A stretch of 63,235 nt of DNA, the filler included, from Sphacelaria rigidula (taxonomy: Eukaryota), in NCBI GenBank assembly GCA_964200075.2. It is 6 parts of 6 records of this genome, joined end to end, with 100 filler letters (N's around TTAATTAATTAA, not from the genome) between each part and the next. Parts side by side here need not be neighbours in the genome. Positions count along the whole stretch, not along the records: positions 1 to 10,458 come from CAXNAA020006455.1; positions 10,559 to 21,015 come from CAXNAA020006456.1; 4 more parts are not named here. One strand, written 5' to 3'. The position numbers were made by a program, and so were the translations under genes. Shown piece by piece: positions 1-10,650 of this stretch; within the stretch, counting starts at the first letter, position 1, and each line of letters starts with the position of its first letter. Under the pieces are notes generated by a model that worked only from the letters and a program-made list of their open reading frames with translations, did no database searches and was not told the origin of the DNA.

Positions 1-412
1 TTTCCATCTTATCCTGGACAGGTACGACTGGGCTCGTCGCCTTCGTCGCCGTGTCAACGCAAACACACAAAAAAAAAAAAAAAAAACGAAAAATACACAA
101 ACAAAAAAAACGGAAAACAGGCAACACCGAAGAGGAGGGGAGAGGGAGAGGGAAAAAACAGGAAGGAATATGGCACGTGTGAGAAACGAAAAGCCGGAGT
201 TTTTTCCTTTAGAGGCAAGAAATTTCCCCAGGGCGTTACGCTTTCGATATCGAGATGCGGCAAACTGCACACAAGCGATTCCAAGTCTTCGTTATACCAC
301 ATGGGCAGGGAAACAAGCCTGTGCCTTTCGAGCGATATTGTCATGGGCCTTAGTGCAGCTACGTTGTAGTCGATAGCAAACGTTCAACGTCAGAAAAACA
401 TGGAAAATTCTA

Positions 413-628
413 TTCGATGATTGGTTGATTGATTGTCACACTTTTACTGACCACCCATGGGTCCAGCCGTGGTCGCATGATGGACATACCCAAGAACAGC
501 ACAACTGAAACACTCGTTGAAGAAAACGAAGAAGCAGGGAAAAGTCGAACAGAACGACACAGTAGACTAGGACGTAAAAAAAAAAAAAAAATCAGTAAAA
601 GTACAGAAAGAGATGACGGACCTAAAAA
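413..628 (-). mobile_element. 5'-truncated LINE-type 3' end with (CAAT)n-like tail
   Basis: ttgattgattg then catgggtccagccgtggtcgcatgat, shared with 14865-15100 and partly with 3597-3740; flanked by 42-bp direct repeats. Confidence 0.6.
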
Positions 629-1098
629 CGATAGTAAACGTTCAACGTCAGAAAAACATGGAAAATTCTAAACTACGGACGAACTAGGTATCTTTATATC
701 TGGTGAAAATTGCAAAAGAGGCCATGAAGGGAAGAAAACAACGTTTCACAATGAAGCAGTTCGCAAAGCTCGTCCACGACCGAGTGAGGAGGCCGTGATT
801 TCGAATTTGACCTTGATCACCGGGAAAAGAATAGAAAAAATCTCGGAAACTTCAAGCCGGGCGTCAAAAACGATGAGCGACCCCAGACATAACCTCAGCA
901 CTCAGCACACTACCGTACCGGTGAAGTAGGAGAAGCTCTTCTTAAGGTACGATGTGAGGGCACACCAGCCTACATGCAGGTAAGAGTAAAGACTGTAAAC
1001 AAGGAAGGAGTACAAAACCCTCGCCGCCGACCCGAGAACAAGTTCACGCCTTGGACCTTTTCCCTGAAATAGCTAGGTCGCTTCTAAAGGGAAGGGGG

Positions 1099-1175
1099 GG
1101 GGGCGTACTCATTTGTTGCTTGCCTTAGTCGTGTGACCGTTAACCACGCATCCCTTCCGAGACGGAGCAGGGCAC
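1099..1175 (-). mobile_element. Poly(C)-tailed retroposon, family 2, 3' tip (other copies 10559-10610 +, 16663-16750 -, 20613-20705 +)
   Basis: Shared gggatgcgtggt..cgactaaggcaagcaacaaatgagtacgccccc; this copy is flanked by the duplication cgcttctaaa(g/c)ggaagggg. Confidence 0.7.
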
Positions 1176-1389
1176 GCTTCTAAACGGAAGGGGGTGATGT
1201 GGAAATACGTATGTGGAGAATACTTGTGAAGAACGCAAGTTTCACTGGCGTATCTTTCCTTCTTTTTCGTATTGTCAGTCAACCCCTTTCCCCTTCTCAG
1301 GACGAGCCTATACCTCTCAGGAATGTAGTCATCTCTACCCCCGCCTGTGCAGGATGAAGCACCCTGACAGAAATGTCAAGAAAATATTC

Positions 1390-3064
1390 CACACATCGAA
1401 CATATCAGCTCCCTCTAGCTCGAGCTACGAAGCTCTTCTTTTAGCTTAGCCCCCTGGTGAGCTAGGACAGCTGCATGCGCTACGAATGTTTTCCTGGGTG
1501 AGCTATGAGAACTGCATGAGCTGCGCATGTTTGCCATGGGTGAGCTACCAACCCGAAGTTCATCAGTTCATTTTCGTCCTGAGTGATCTATGAGAGCTGC
1601 ATGAACTACGCATGCTTGCCATAGGTGAGCTACCAACCCGTAGGTCATCAGCTTATTTTCGTCCTAGGTGAGCTATGACAGCTACATAAGCTACGCATGC
1701 TTACATCGAGTGAGCTACCAACCCGTAGCTCATCAGCTCATATTCGCCCTGGGTGAGCTATGAGAGCTGCATGAGCTGCACATGTTTGCCCCACGTGATC
1801 AATCAACCCGTAGCTCATCAGCTCATTTTCGCCCTGGGAGAGTTATGAAAGCTGCATGAGCTACGCATGTTTACCCTACGTGCGCTACCAACCCGTAGCT
1901 CATCAGCTCATATTCGTCCCGGGTGTTTCATGAGAGCTACGTGAGCTACGCACGTTTGTCCTAGGTAATCCACCAACCCGTAGCTCATCAGCTCATATTC
2001 TCCGTGGTTAAGCTATGAAAACTGCATGAGCTGCGCATGTTCGTCCTGGGTGAGCTATGAGAGCTACATGAGCTACATGAGCTACACATGTTTGCCCTCG
2101 ATGAGCTATGAGAGCTGCGTGAGCAACGCATGTCTGCCCTGGATGAGCTATGAGAGCCAGGTGAGCTACGCATGTTTGCTCTGGGTGAGCTACCGGACGT
2201 AGCTCATCTGCGCGTGTTTGCCGTGGATGAACTGTGAGAGCTACGTGAGCCACGCATGTTTGCCCCGGTTGAGCTATTGTAAAGCGCTACGGAAGTTACG
2301 CCGATTTGGGGGTTGTTTCTGTTCCGATGCTCATGCACGTTGATACGTGAAAATGGTTACACGTGTTCACACCTGTGTTCCGTTATGTGCAGCGATGGGT
2401 TTGCTTTTAGCCAATCGCACCGTAGCCACCACACTCACACACAACAACACACACGACCACACACACGACCCGCCCTGCATAGCTCATCCGCATATGTTTT
2501 CCCTGGATGAGCTACCAGCGTTGCGTGAGCTACATATGTTTTACCTGGATGAGCTAGAAGGGCTGCATGAGCTGCGCATGTTTGCCTTGAGGAAGCTACC
2601 GGACGTGGCTATCCGTGCATGTTTTTCCCTGGGTGAGCTATGACAGCTACATGAGGTACGCATGTTTCTCCTGCGTGAGCTACCAACTAGTAGCTCATTA
2701 GCTCATATTCGCCCTGGGTGAGCTACAAGATTTACATGAGCTACGCACGTTTGTCTTGGGTGAGCTACCAACCCGTACCTCATCAGCCCATATTCTCCCT
2801 GGGTAAGCGATGAGAGCTGCATGAGCTACTCACGTTCGTCCTGGGCGAGCTACCAACCCGTAGTTCATCAGGTCATTTTCTCCCTGGGTAGGCTATGAGA
2901 GCTGCATGAGCTACGCATATTTGTCCCGAGTGAGCTACCAGTCCGTAGCTCATAAGCACACGTTTACTTTAGGTGAGCAATCGGGCGTAGCTTACATGCA
3001 CATGTGTGGCTACAAGTGAGCTACAACCCGCAGATGAGCTAGCTCATGAGCTGTCCGATGTGTG
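1390..3064. mobile_element. Non-autonomous TIR element filled with a 42/43-bp TGAGCTA-rich higher-order repeat array
   Basis: TIRs cacacatcgaaca / tgtccgatgtgtg; flanks aaatattc / aaatactt (6 of 8 match); array ~1450-2280 and ~2480-3050 around a unique core. Confidence 0.75.
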
Positions 3065-3130
3065 AAATACTTGCAGGGACCAGATCTATGACACGGGAAT
3101 ACTTGACGCAGCCATTTCGTACCTTCCCCC

Positions 3131-3590
3131 TCGTCGGTTGGCAACGACGCTGTTAAACACGCCGCTCACTGCGTAAGCTAGGTAATCAGGTTACCGGGAG
3201 CTTTCTCGCTCGCGTTTTTTTTGCGGTAGCCATGATGGTGGTTGAGCTAGATCATTTTGTGCGAGCTTCGAGAATCTGCACTCCGCGCACAGAGCATGAT
3301 CGTACTATGTGGTGATGGTGAGACACCCATGAGGCAGCGTAACCCGTGACCGTCTCCAGAAGTGGCAACACCAGAAAATGAAGAAACTCATTCGAGGCTG
3401 CCATCCATATGTAGGATAACTACTACGCTTCGGGCCGAACAGTCTTTGTTCGCGGTATGCAGGTCATCCCTTTACGACTCGCCGGGCACATCACGGCGCC
3501 TCGCGCTTGGTGATTGCGAGTCTGGTCCGGCAAAAACACGGTGTGCTCCCTCACGGCGTTGGTAGGGATGCGAAGCCAATGGTCTTTGAA
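3131..3590 (+). mobile_element. Poly(C)-tailed retroposon, family 1, long copy lacking its extreme 3' tip
   Basis: Aligns by eye with 21155-21660 (-) and 61262-61765 (-). Confidence 0.8.
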
Positions 3591-3596
3591 TAGACA

Positions 3597-4740
3597 TACA
3601 TACCCAAGGTGAAGAAAAAATGGAAACACTCGCTAAAGGGCAAACTCGAGAAAAGGGAAAACACGAAAGAAGAAAAGGCGAAAATAGAACAAAAAATGGA
3701 GCAGACTCGACAGAAACGAGGAACGTACTAGACAGAAACAAAAAGTAGATCAGGAAAAGGTGGAAGAGGAGAGGAAAGGAGAGAAAAGGAGAGGAGAGAA
3801 GAACCATGGAATGGCATGAATTCAACAATATGGCGTAAATCACGTATTTTTCACACTGCCGAACCAGCGAGGTCTGTTGTACTCCCGCACAGCATACCCC
3901 CACTGCCAGGATATGCGCCGGCTCCGCAGCTCGCCTTTGTTCGCACGTTCGACAGCTGCAACATGACAACCACCTACGACACCCCAGATAACCACGCGCG
4001 ACCACATGCTTCGATACGACAAGCACGATTCTCCGACGCGCCCCTCCAAACTGCCGCCTCTCCCTACAGCACACAGCACAGCCGCTCACCTGCTTCTTGA
4101 TGTACTCGTCCACCACTCGAGATTGAGCAGCGTGCACTTGCCTGTACAAGTCTCGCAGTCTCCTTCCGCGTTCCACCACATGATCTGGCACCTGATTGTG
4201 TTTTTGCAAAAGGTGTTTGGTTGTATCGAGTGTTTTCATTGCTGTCCAGATTCTACATGATATCAGGACATGAGCCTGACATGGTTGCTCGGCAGGGCAA
4301 CAAGACCGCGGGGAAGCTGTCCCAGATGAAAACAAATGCCGGATAACCAAAGCGCCCACAATTCTGCACCAAACAAAATCGAGTCAGATCCACCGGTCGG
4401 TACCGTGGCAAGCAGGATCTGCACTGGTTTCAGAGGCACGTGCGTACCGCACAACACCTGTGAGCGAGCGGCGAGCCCTCGATTGTACCTGTCGCGGAGC
4501 CTCCTGCTTGACTTACCAGCGTCGATATCAACGTCGATTTTTTTTGTTTTATTTTGTGTCAAGGTATCGACGATTGTCGAGCATTTTACATCAGCAAAGA
4601 TAAACCATAGTAGGCCCTGACGAGGTCGGTCGGAGGGGCATCAAGAATGCGCGGGTATTCCCCATTTCTGGATACTCGTGAACAGCCAACACGTCAGCTT
4701 CCATACCAAGGGGGTTGGCCACTTTCCCACCAGGAGCCAT
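3597..4740 (-). mobile_element. Degraded 3' part of a LINE-like element (pyrimidine-rich 3' UTR plus broken ORF)
   Basis: Starts with catacccaag..gaaacactcg..gtcga/ctcga..actag, shared with the LINE-like tips at 413-628 and 14865-15100; interrupted minus-strand ORFs at 4263-4562 and 4080-4270. Confidence 0.45.
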
Positions 4741-4764
4741 AGCTCCCCTCGGCCCCGCTCTCAG

Positions 4765-4950
4765 ACAAGATGCAGCTCACCCCTCATGTGGCTCGCCGAA
4801 CACATCACGGCGCTTCGTGCTTAGTGATTGATTGTGAGCCGGGTCCGGCGAAAACCCGGCGTGCTCCGTCCCAGCCCTTCAGGGATGCAAGGTCAATGGT
4901 CTTACGACTACAGCACGCAAGATTATGAGTAAATACACACCACCCTCGCC
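4765..4950 (+). mobile_element. Family 1 poly(C)-tailed retroposon, 5'-truncated
   Basis: cacatcacggcgcttcg...gggatgcaaggtcaatggtcttacgactac...atgagta then C-rich run. Confidence 0.75.
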
Positions 4951-5341
4951 CTCCCCCGTCTACATAGTGTGGGGGTACGTTCCTTTAGTAACGAATGGTA
5001 TGTGCTATTGATTCGAACCGCCAACATGCCCCTTCTCTTTCCTCCGCGCGCTCATTAGCCGGTGCTGTGAGCATGTTGGCGGCCTACAATCATACAGTCG
5101 GTATTGTATGGGAAGTTGACCAATTGGTGCGGTCAGCGAGCTCAATAACCTCGATATCCTGGTGGCCTCGACTCATACCGTCTGTAGCTGTGTGAGAAAC
5201 TAGACAGCTTGTTGACGTCAGTTTACCAGAGGCCAACTGATATTCAACACACACTGCAGGCGAAAACGCCCTACAGGTCGATTACGATACATGACCCGTA
5301 AAGGACAAGAAAGAAGGGAGGAAAAAAAAACTGTCACTCAC

Positions 5342-5413
5342 CTTTTGGAACGAGAATATGTAGTTGTTCGGGTGTTGCCACAAGGTCTCCCCAACAAACC
5401 CCTTCACTTCAGC
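5342..5413 (-). CDS. Possible isolated 72-nt exon (AEVKGFVGETLWQHPNNYIFSFQK), product unknown
   Basis: Bounded by a CAG acceptor and an AAG|GTGAGT donor on the minus strand; no partner exons confidently linked. Confidence 0.25.
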
Positions 5414-7244
5414 CTGTCGGTGACAATTTTTCAGAGGATGTAAGAGGCGAGGCTTTAATATTCCGGTACAGCGATAAAGCACGAGAACAGAAGTAGCGCT
5501 TAAACGCTGTGTGGGAAATTGTGTATTAGTCATCAGAAAAACAAAAAAACGATTTCACTACGAGTACACTTGCACCCTTTTACGAGAAACACGCTGTTGT
5601 ACGAATCCGCAAACTATGTGTAACGCTCCGCAGGCGATCGTTTACAGTGCAAGGTATCCGGTGGTGCTTGAGGGGATAATGTTATCTGCGGCTATGACCC
5701 GCCTTAATTACAGTGTGTTGCACGCCAAGTATGGGCTTCTGTTTATTTTTGAATATCACAAGAGAAAAACACTTCTGAAGCTAAACACCCAGGAGGAAAC
5801 ACGTAAAAAACGCCACGCTACTAAGGCACATCCATAGATAATACGAATCAAATTTGTGCGATTCGTACCGTGCGAATAAAGGTTAGGAAGGATGTGCAAA
5901 TGACCAAAACGTATTTTGGAAAAACAAAAACAAAAAAACACGCTGTACGAACCACAGGCAGGAAATACTGTGCAAATTCCGTTGCATGAATATGTACCAC
6001 AGCTAGAAAAAATGGCATCACTCATTCGCACGAATGACGTACGCACAAAAAAAAAAAGCGACAATAGATTCGTACCGTACGAACCGCGGGTGGTTGAACC
6101 CCAGCAGATTAATAGCTGCAACACAGGCATCTGTGCATGTATCAAAGACATTCTTAACCGTCACGGAGCAACGTTTCGGTGACTGTTTCCAGTTTTTAAT
6201 GTTGCTGTAATACCCTGGTTCCTGTTCTTCGGTACTACTGTGCGATGAAATCAATTCAGTACTGACTCCAAACCTTACGGTCAATCTACCGCACATGTTG
6301 GTGGATCAACTTTCGTTCGACACAGACAGATATATATATATATATTATTCAGGTCACGACGCTGGCATTTTACACGAATATATGTCGACTTCTCGCACAG
6401 GCCATGCTCTGCTGTGACATCACCAACCCCCTGCTCCATGAGAAAGTGATTTGAACCCTCGTTCCTTCCGAAAATCTCACCTTCCACACCTACCTCTAAT
6501 CCTGCCTGTAGTAAGTTGAGGAGAAAAAAAACGCTTGAGGGGAAAATACGGACATTTGATTCGTACTGTACGAACTGAGAATGGAAAGTACCTGTGCACC
6601 AAAAGAGCTGCGCTGTTAGAATAGCGGCAGGAAAGCTGCGCACGATGGCTGTGCTCTGGGAATGACGGCTCCGGATGATGACAAACCACCGTTCGTGTAC
6701 GAACCGCATGCTTAGTTCGTGCTCCCCACCAAGAAGAGTGGTACACTTATGACAGCACACGGTGTGGAAACGCCGACCCCGCGCCTGCCACTCCCCTCCC
6801 CACGTAAAATTGTGCTGGGTCGGGTAATCACTCGGGTATTTACTCACCCGAACTTTGTATTGCGATGATCCAACCTCCAAACTCTACCCGAGTGTTGGGC
6901 AAAGTGAGGTACGATCGCAATACCCCACCCACTACCTGGGTACCGTTGAGTACGATCTCCATGCTCAACCCCAGTTTTGGGTGCCTACAGTAGTTTTTTT
7001 TTCTCAATACCCAAATGTAGGAGATACCCTTCCCATGACACCCTTGGATCTTTGTCATATAAACACTGAGCGCCATAGTCGTCGCCATACGATACGTTGC
7101 AAGCTCGAGCAACGAAAATAAAAAACCTCTCATGGTGATAAATCCACAACTACGCCGCCTAAATATGACTACAATACACCGCGCGCTAGTCATATTCAAA
7201 AGTGATTCGATGCGAATAAAGCTAACACCCACCCTTTCCATCAG

Positions 7245-7560
7245 TGGGTGAGACACCCATGAGGCAGCGTGTAACTTGTGGCTGTCTCTGGAAGTGGCGG
7301 TATCAGAAAATAAAGCAACTCATTGTAGGCTGTCATCCACATGCCAGACAATCATTACGACGCTTCGGACCTAAAAGTGTTGGCAGGATGCAGATCTCCC
7401 TTCATCCGATCCGCCAAATACATCACGGCGCTTCGCGCTTGGTGATTGATTGCGAACCTGGTCCGGCGAAAACCCGGCTTGCATCGTCCCCGCTTTATAG
7501 GGATGCGAAGTCAACGGTCTTAAGACTATGGCACGCGAGATCATGAGTACACCCCCCTCT
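7245..7560 (+). mobile_element. Family 1 poly(C)-tailed retroposon, 5'-truncated
   Basis: ggtgagacacccatgaggcagcg ... atcatgagtacacccccc. Confidence 0.8.
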
Positions 7561-8139
7561 CCTCTTCTCTCCATCCCCTTGTTCCATCCCACCGCCTACC
7601 CCCTTCAGAGTAACAAGGTACCTACCGTGCCCTAGAACTGATAAAAACGGTTCGTCAACACCGCCAACCAGCACATGAAGAAATAGCTGAGAGTCCCTCT
7701 ATCACGTCTTTGCCCATCCATCCCCTCACCTCATCAACATGTTTTGTGCCGAAGAACCCGAAATAACTGTGTAGAATTTTCATAATGTATTCCCCACTCT
7801 GCTTCCAAAATTGTAGGTTTAGCCCCTAAACCATCCCAGCGTCCAGTTACCCATGACAAAAACGGATGCTTACAAAGCTAAAGCTCAAACGACCAAACGT
7901 CTCGCCAAAGCGATGCGTCGTTTGGTGGTATGAATAGTTGTAATTACGAGTCGTGGCTACCACGGCAGCAGGGGTGTGATCACATGCAGTTCAACTGTAG
8001 CGTTGGTTGCTGGATGCGGATTTTGATCACATCACTCGGGCCAGGTCAGGCACCGGACGACAGTACACACCATACGATTCATCCGCATGTCACGCACGTT
8101 CCAAGTGCGTATTAGTTCTAGCATGCATTCCAAAATGTG

Positions 8140-8348
8140 CAAGGGCCTGTCGGGTGGGGTATACCCGATATTGTGTCATTTCGAAAAGAGGAGATCCGAC
8201 CCACGCCCACAGCAGTAGCCAGCCGAGTGCTGTTGTTCCCCTCTCAAGAGCCCATACACGTCATTGCGTGTGACTTAGGCAGGTGATGTACGACTTATCA
8301 GGAATACCAAAATATCGGGTATACCCGATATTGCCTGACACGCCCTTG
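8140..8348. mobile_element. hAT-like MITE (CAAGGGC termini)
   Basis: TIRs caagggcctgtc..gggtatacccgatatt / aatatcgggtataccc..gacacgcccttg; 8-bp TSD aaaatgtg / aaaatatg. Confidence 0.75.
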
Positions 8349-10206
8349 AAAATATGTAAGAAGATCGTGACGACGTGACGTGTGAATCGCAGGGTTTGTC
8401 TTATTTCTCTTGTTCCCTGGAGACGGGTAGGAACTCTCGACGTGTACTTCGCTATTTCGAGCTTCGTGCAGCGCGTTTGACCGTCGAGGCATTTGCGCTC
8501 GCTTCCGCGCGTTTCAATATCAACCCTCAAGCAGAACAAACCATCATGGCCGCTGGTTCGGTGTTCGGGTAGGCAGAGGCACCAAGGCGGAATGATAGGT
8601 TGTCGAAATACGCAAGAAAGTCGTGCTGTGCGAACAGTAAGCGTGTAAAATGAACAAAAGGGAGTCGCGCCGTACGACTTATGACGGGTGCGAAATCACG
8701 TGCCGTTGACTCGTACCCTACGAATCAAGGGTGGGGGAATAGCAAGTAACGTTTGATTCATGACCTACGAGTCGACAGTGGGGCAAACGCGCGAAACTTC
8801 CGCGCCATACGAATCACGGGTGAGAATTATGCACGGGTGACTAGTACTGTACGAATTAAATGTAGGGGAAAATGTGGGGAAGAGGCGTGCTGAGGGAATC
8901 AAGGGTGGGAAAAAATGTGGAAGAGAGTCGTAACGCGCGAGTGACGGGTGGACACTAGCGTGCGCAACGAACCATGTCCTAGGAAGCACGATTTCAAAAC
9001 ATGTACGAATGAAATATATTCTATAAACTATACCAGCGATTCGCGCACATAATCATGGACGAATCATGATTTGGTTAATCCTTGTGCGTAACAGTATCAC
9101 GTTAAATTGGCCGGCAAGCTGACATATATGGAAAAGTGTCACCCGACGAACCCAAGTGTAAAAACTCATCACGCTATCGAAGATACCATAGCTCACCGTT
9201 GCTCCTCCCCCAGAGCAAGAGAGGTAGCCGCGCATGACGTCGCTGTACACCATACCGTCACGCATTCGGAAGACTTCGGGGATACCGATGACTGGCGAAC
9301 CAATCTGGATCATGACATACGAAAAAAAAAACACACCAATGATCCACGGAAGACAAGCACGAGGAAGTGAGCAGCGACAGACAAAAGGAGGGCGGGAAAA
9401 AACACGCACACAGGAAGAGGTAAGTTGGACCAGAAAGGCACCTGGTGGGTAGGCATTCAACAGAACTATCGTATACAGCATGAAGCGCGACGTGGGTCTT
9501 ACTCTTGTGTGTGTCTGCTGTCGATCACGACCGCTTTCCTTTCGCTCAGCACGTCTCTCCCCACAACGGTTTTAGTCGGTACTTCCATACTGAGCCGCAA
9601 CAGACGAGCAAAGTTTGACTATCTGCACCTCCGAGACAACCGTTCCAGCCCTATTGAATACTGTGTCTCCGTGTCACAGCAATTCCCTCGGTGTAGCACA
9701 CTAATGAGGAGCGAGATTTTGGACGGGTACGGCAAGTACCACGGTGTGTGACGGCATGTCTTCGGCAAGGCCACAGTGCGGCGAGGCTGCTGTGAATGAT
9801 TTCACGATGTAGGTGGCAGAGTTCCCGTGCTCATCATGACAGCAACGCCACTACTGCAGGGTGCTTTGCGAAAGTGGTTAAATAATAACCAAGACAACTT
9901 TTTCAACTCACCCGAGGTGGAGAAGATCCATAAGTTATGGTCGGACTACTTTTTGCTCGACAAAAAATTCAGTGATTTTGACCCCTCTAAAAGTGGTGCG
10001 AAAAGAAAATATTTCTCCAAATTTTTGCTCGATCGTTTCTGTTTTGACCCGGTGGCAGTAACCCGGAATGACCCAGTAACCAGCCGAAGACCTCTCAGCG
10101 AACTACACATATATGAGGCGAACAGAGAGGGAGAGATACCTAGTCTGTAGAGTACCGTTAAGTAGTACATCGCACCGCGGTCCCCTGCTGTTCTACTGTG
10201 CGGAGC

Positions 10207-10209
<3 letters not shown>

Positions 10210-10239
<30 letters not shown>
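10210..10239. repeat. (GT)n microsatellite
   Basis: Direct reading. Confidence 0.95.
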
Positions 10240-10240
<1 letters not shown>

Positions 10241-10458
10241 GTGTCATCCCATCTATTCTGGACGCCGGTCTACACCTTTCGGTATGTGTGGGCGCATCAG
10301 CCGGGGTCACACAGGAGGAAGGTCAACACAGAAGCTTTTTGTTTTCAGTACCCCCACCTTCGTTCTGCGGTGCTTGCCTTTATTTTTTTATTGCGAGAGG
10401 GATTCAGCAGTCCCTTGCCCTCGTCGATCGTTAAGTCGAATTTTGTGTACCCACGACA

Positions 10459-10558
10459 NNNNNNNNNNNNNNNNNNNNNNNNNNNNNNNNNNNNNNNNNN
10501 NNTTAATTAATTAANNNNNNNNNNNNNNNNNNNNNNNNNNNNNNNNNNNNNNNNNNNN
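10459..10558. other. Artificial contig linker (44 N + TTAATTAATTAA + 44 N)
   Basis: Identical 100-bp linker occurs 5 times; the palindromic core gives stops in all six frames. Confidence 0.98.
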
Positions 10559-10650
10559 GGTCACACGCCTAAGGCAAGCAACAAATGACTACGCCCTCCC
10601 CCCCCCCCCCTCCTTTCCCGCCCCGGTACTGGTGACTGGATGCACTTCAG

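Noticed and set aside
9827-9853. SF2 helicase motif III-like LIMTATP
   Set aside because: No Walker A or DExH motif in frame upstream
10113-10514. ORFs ending in X-run plus LIN (also at 31616, 52513, 52726)
   Set aside because: Artefacts of reading into the N linker
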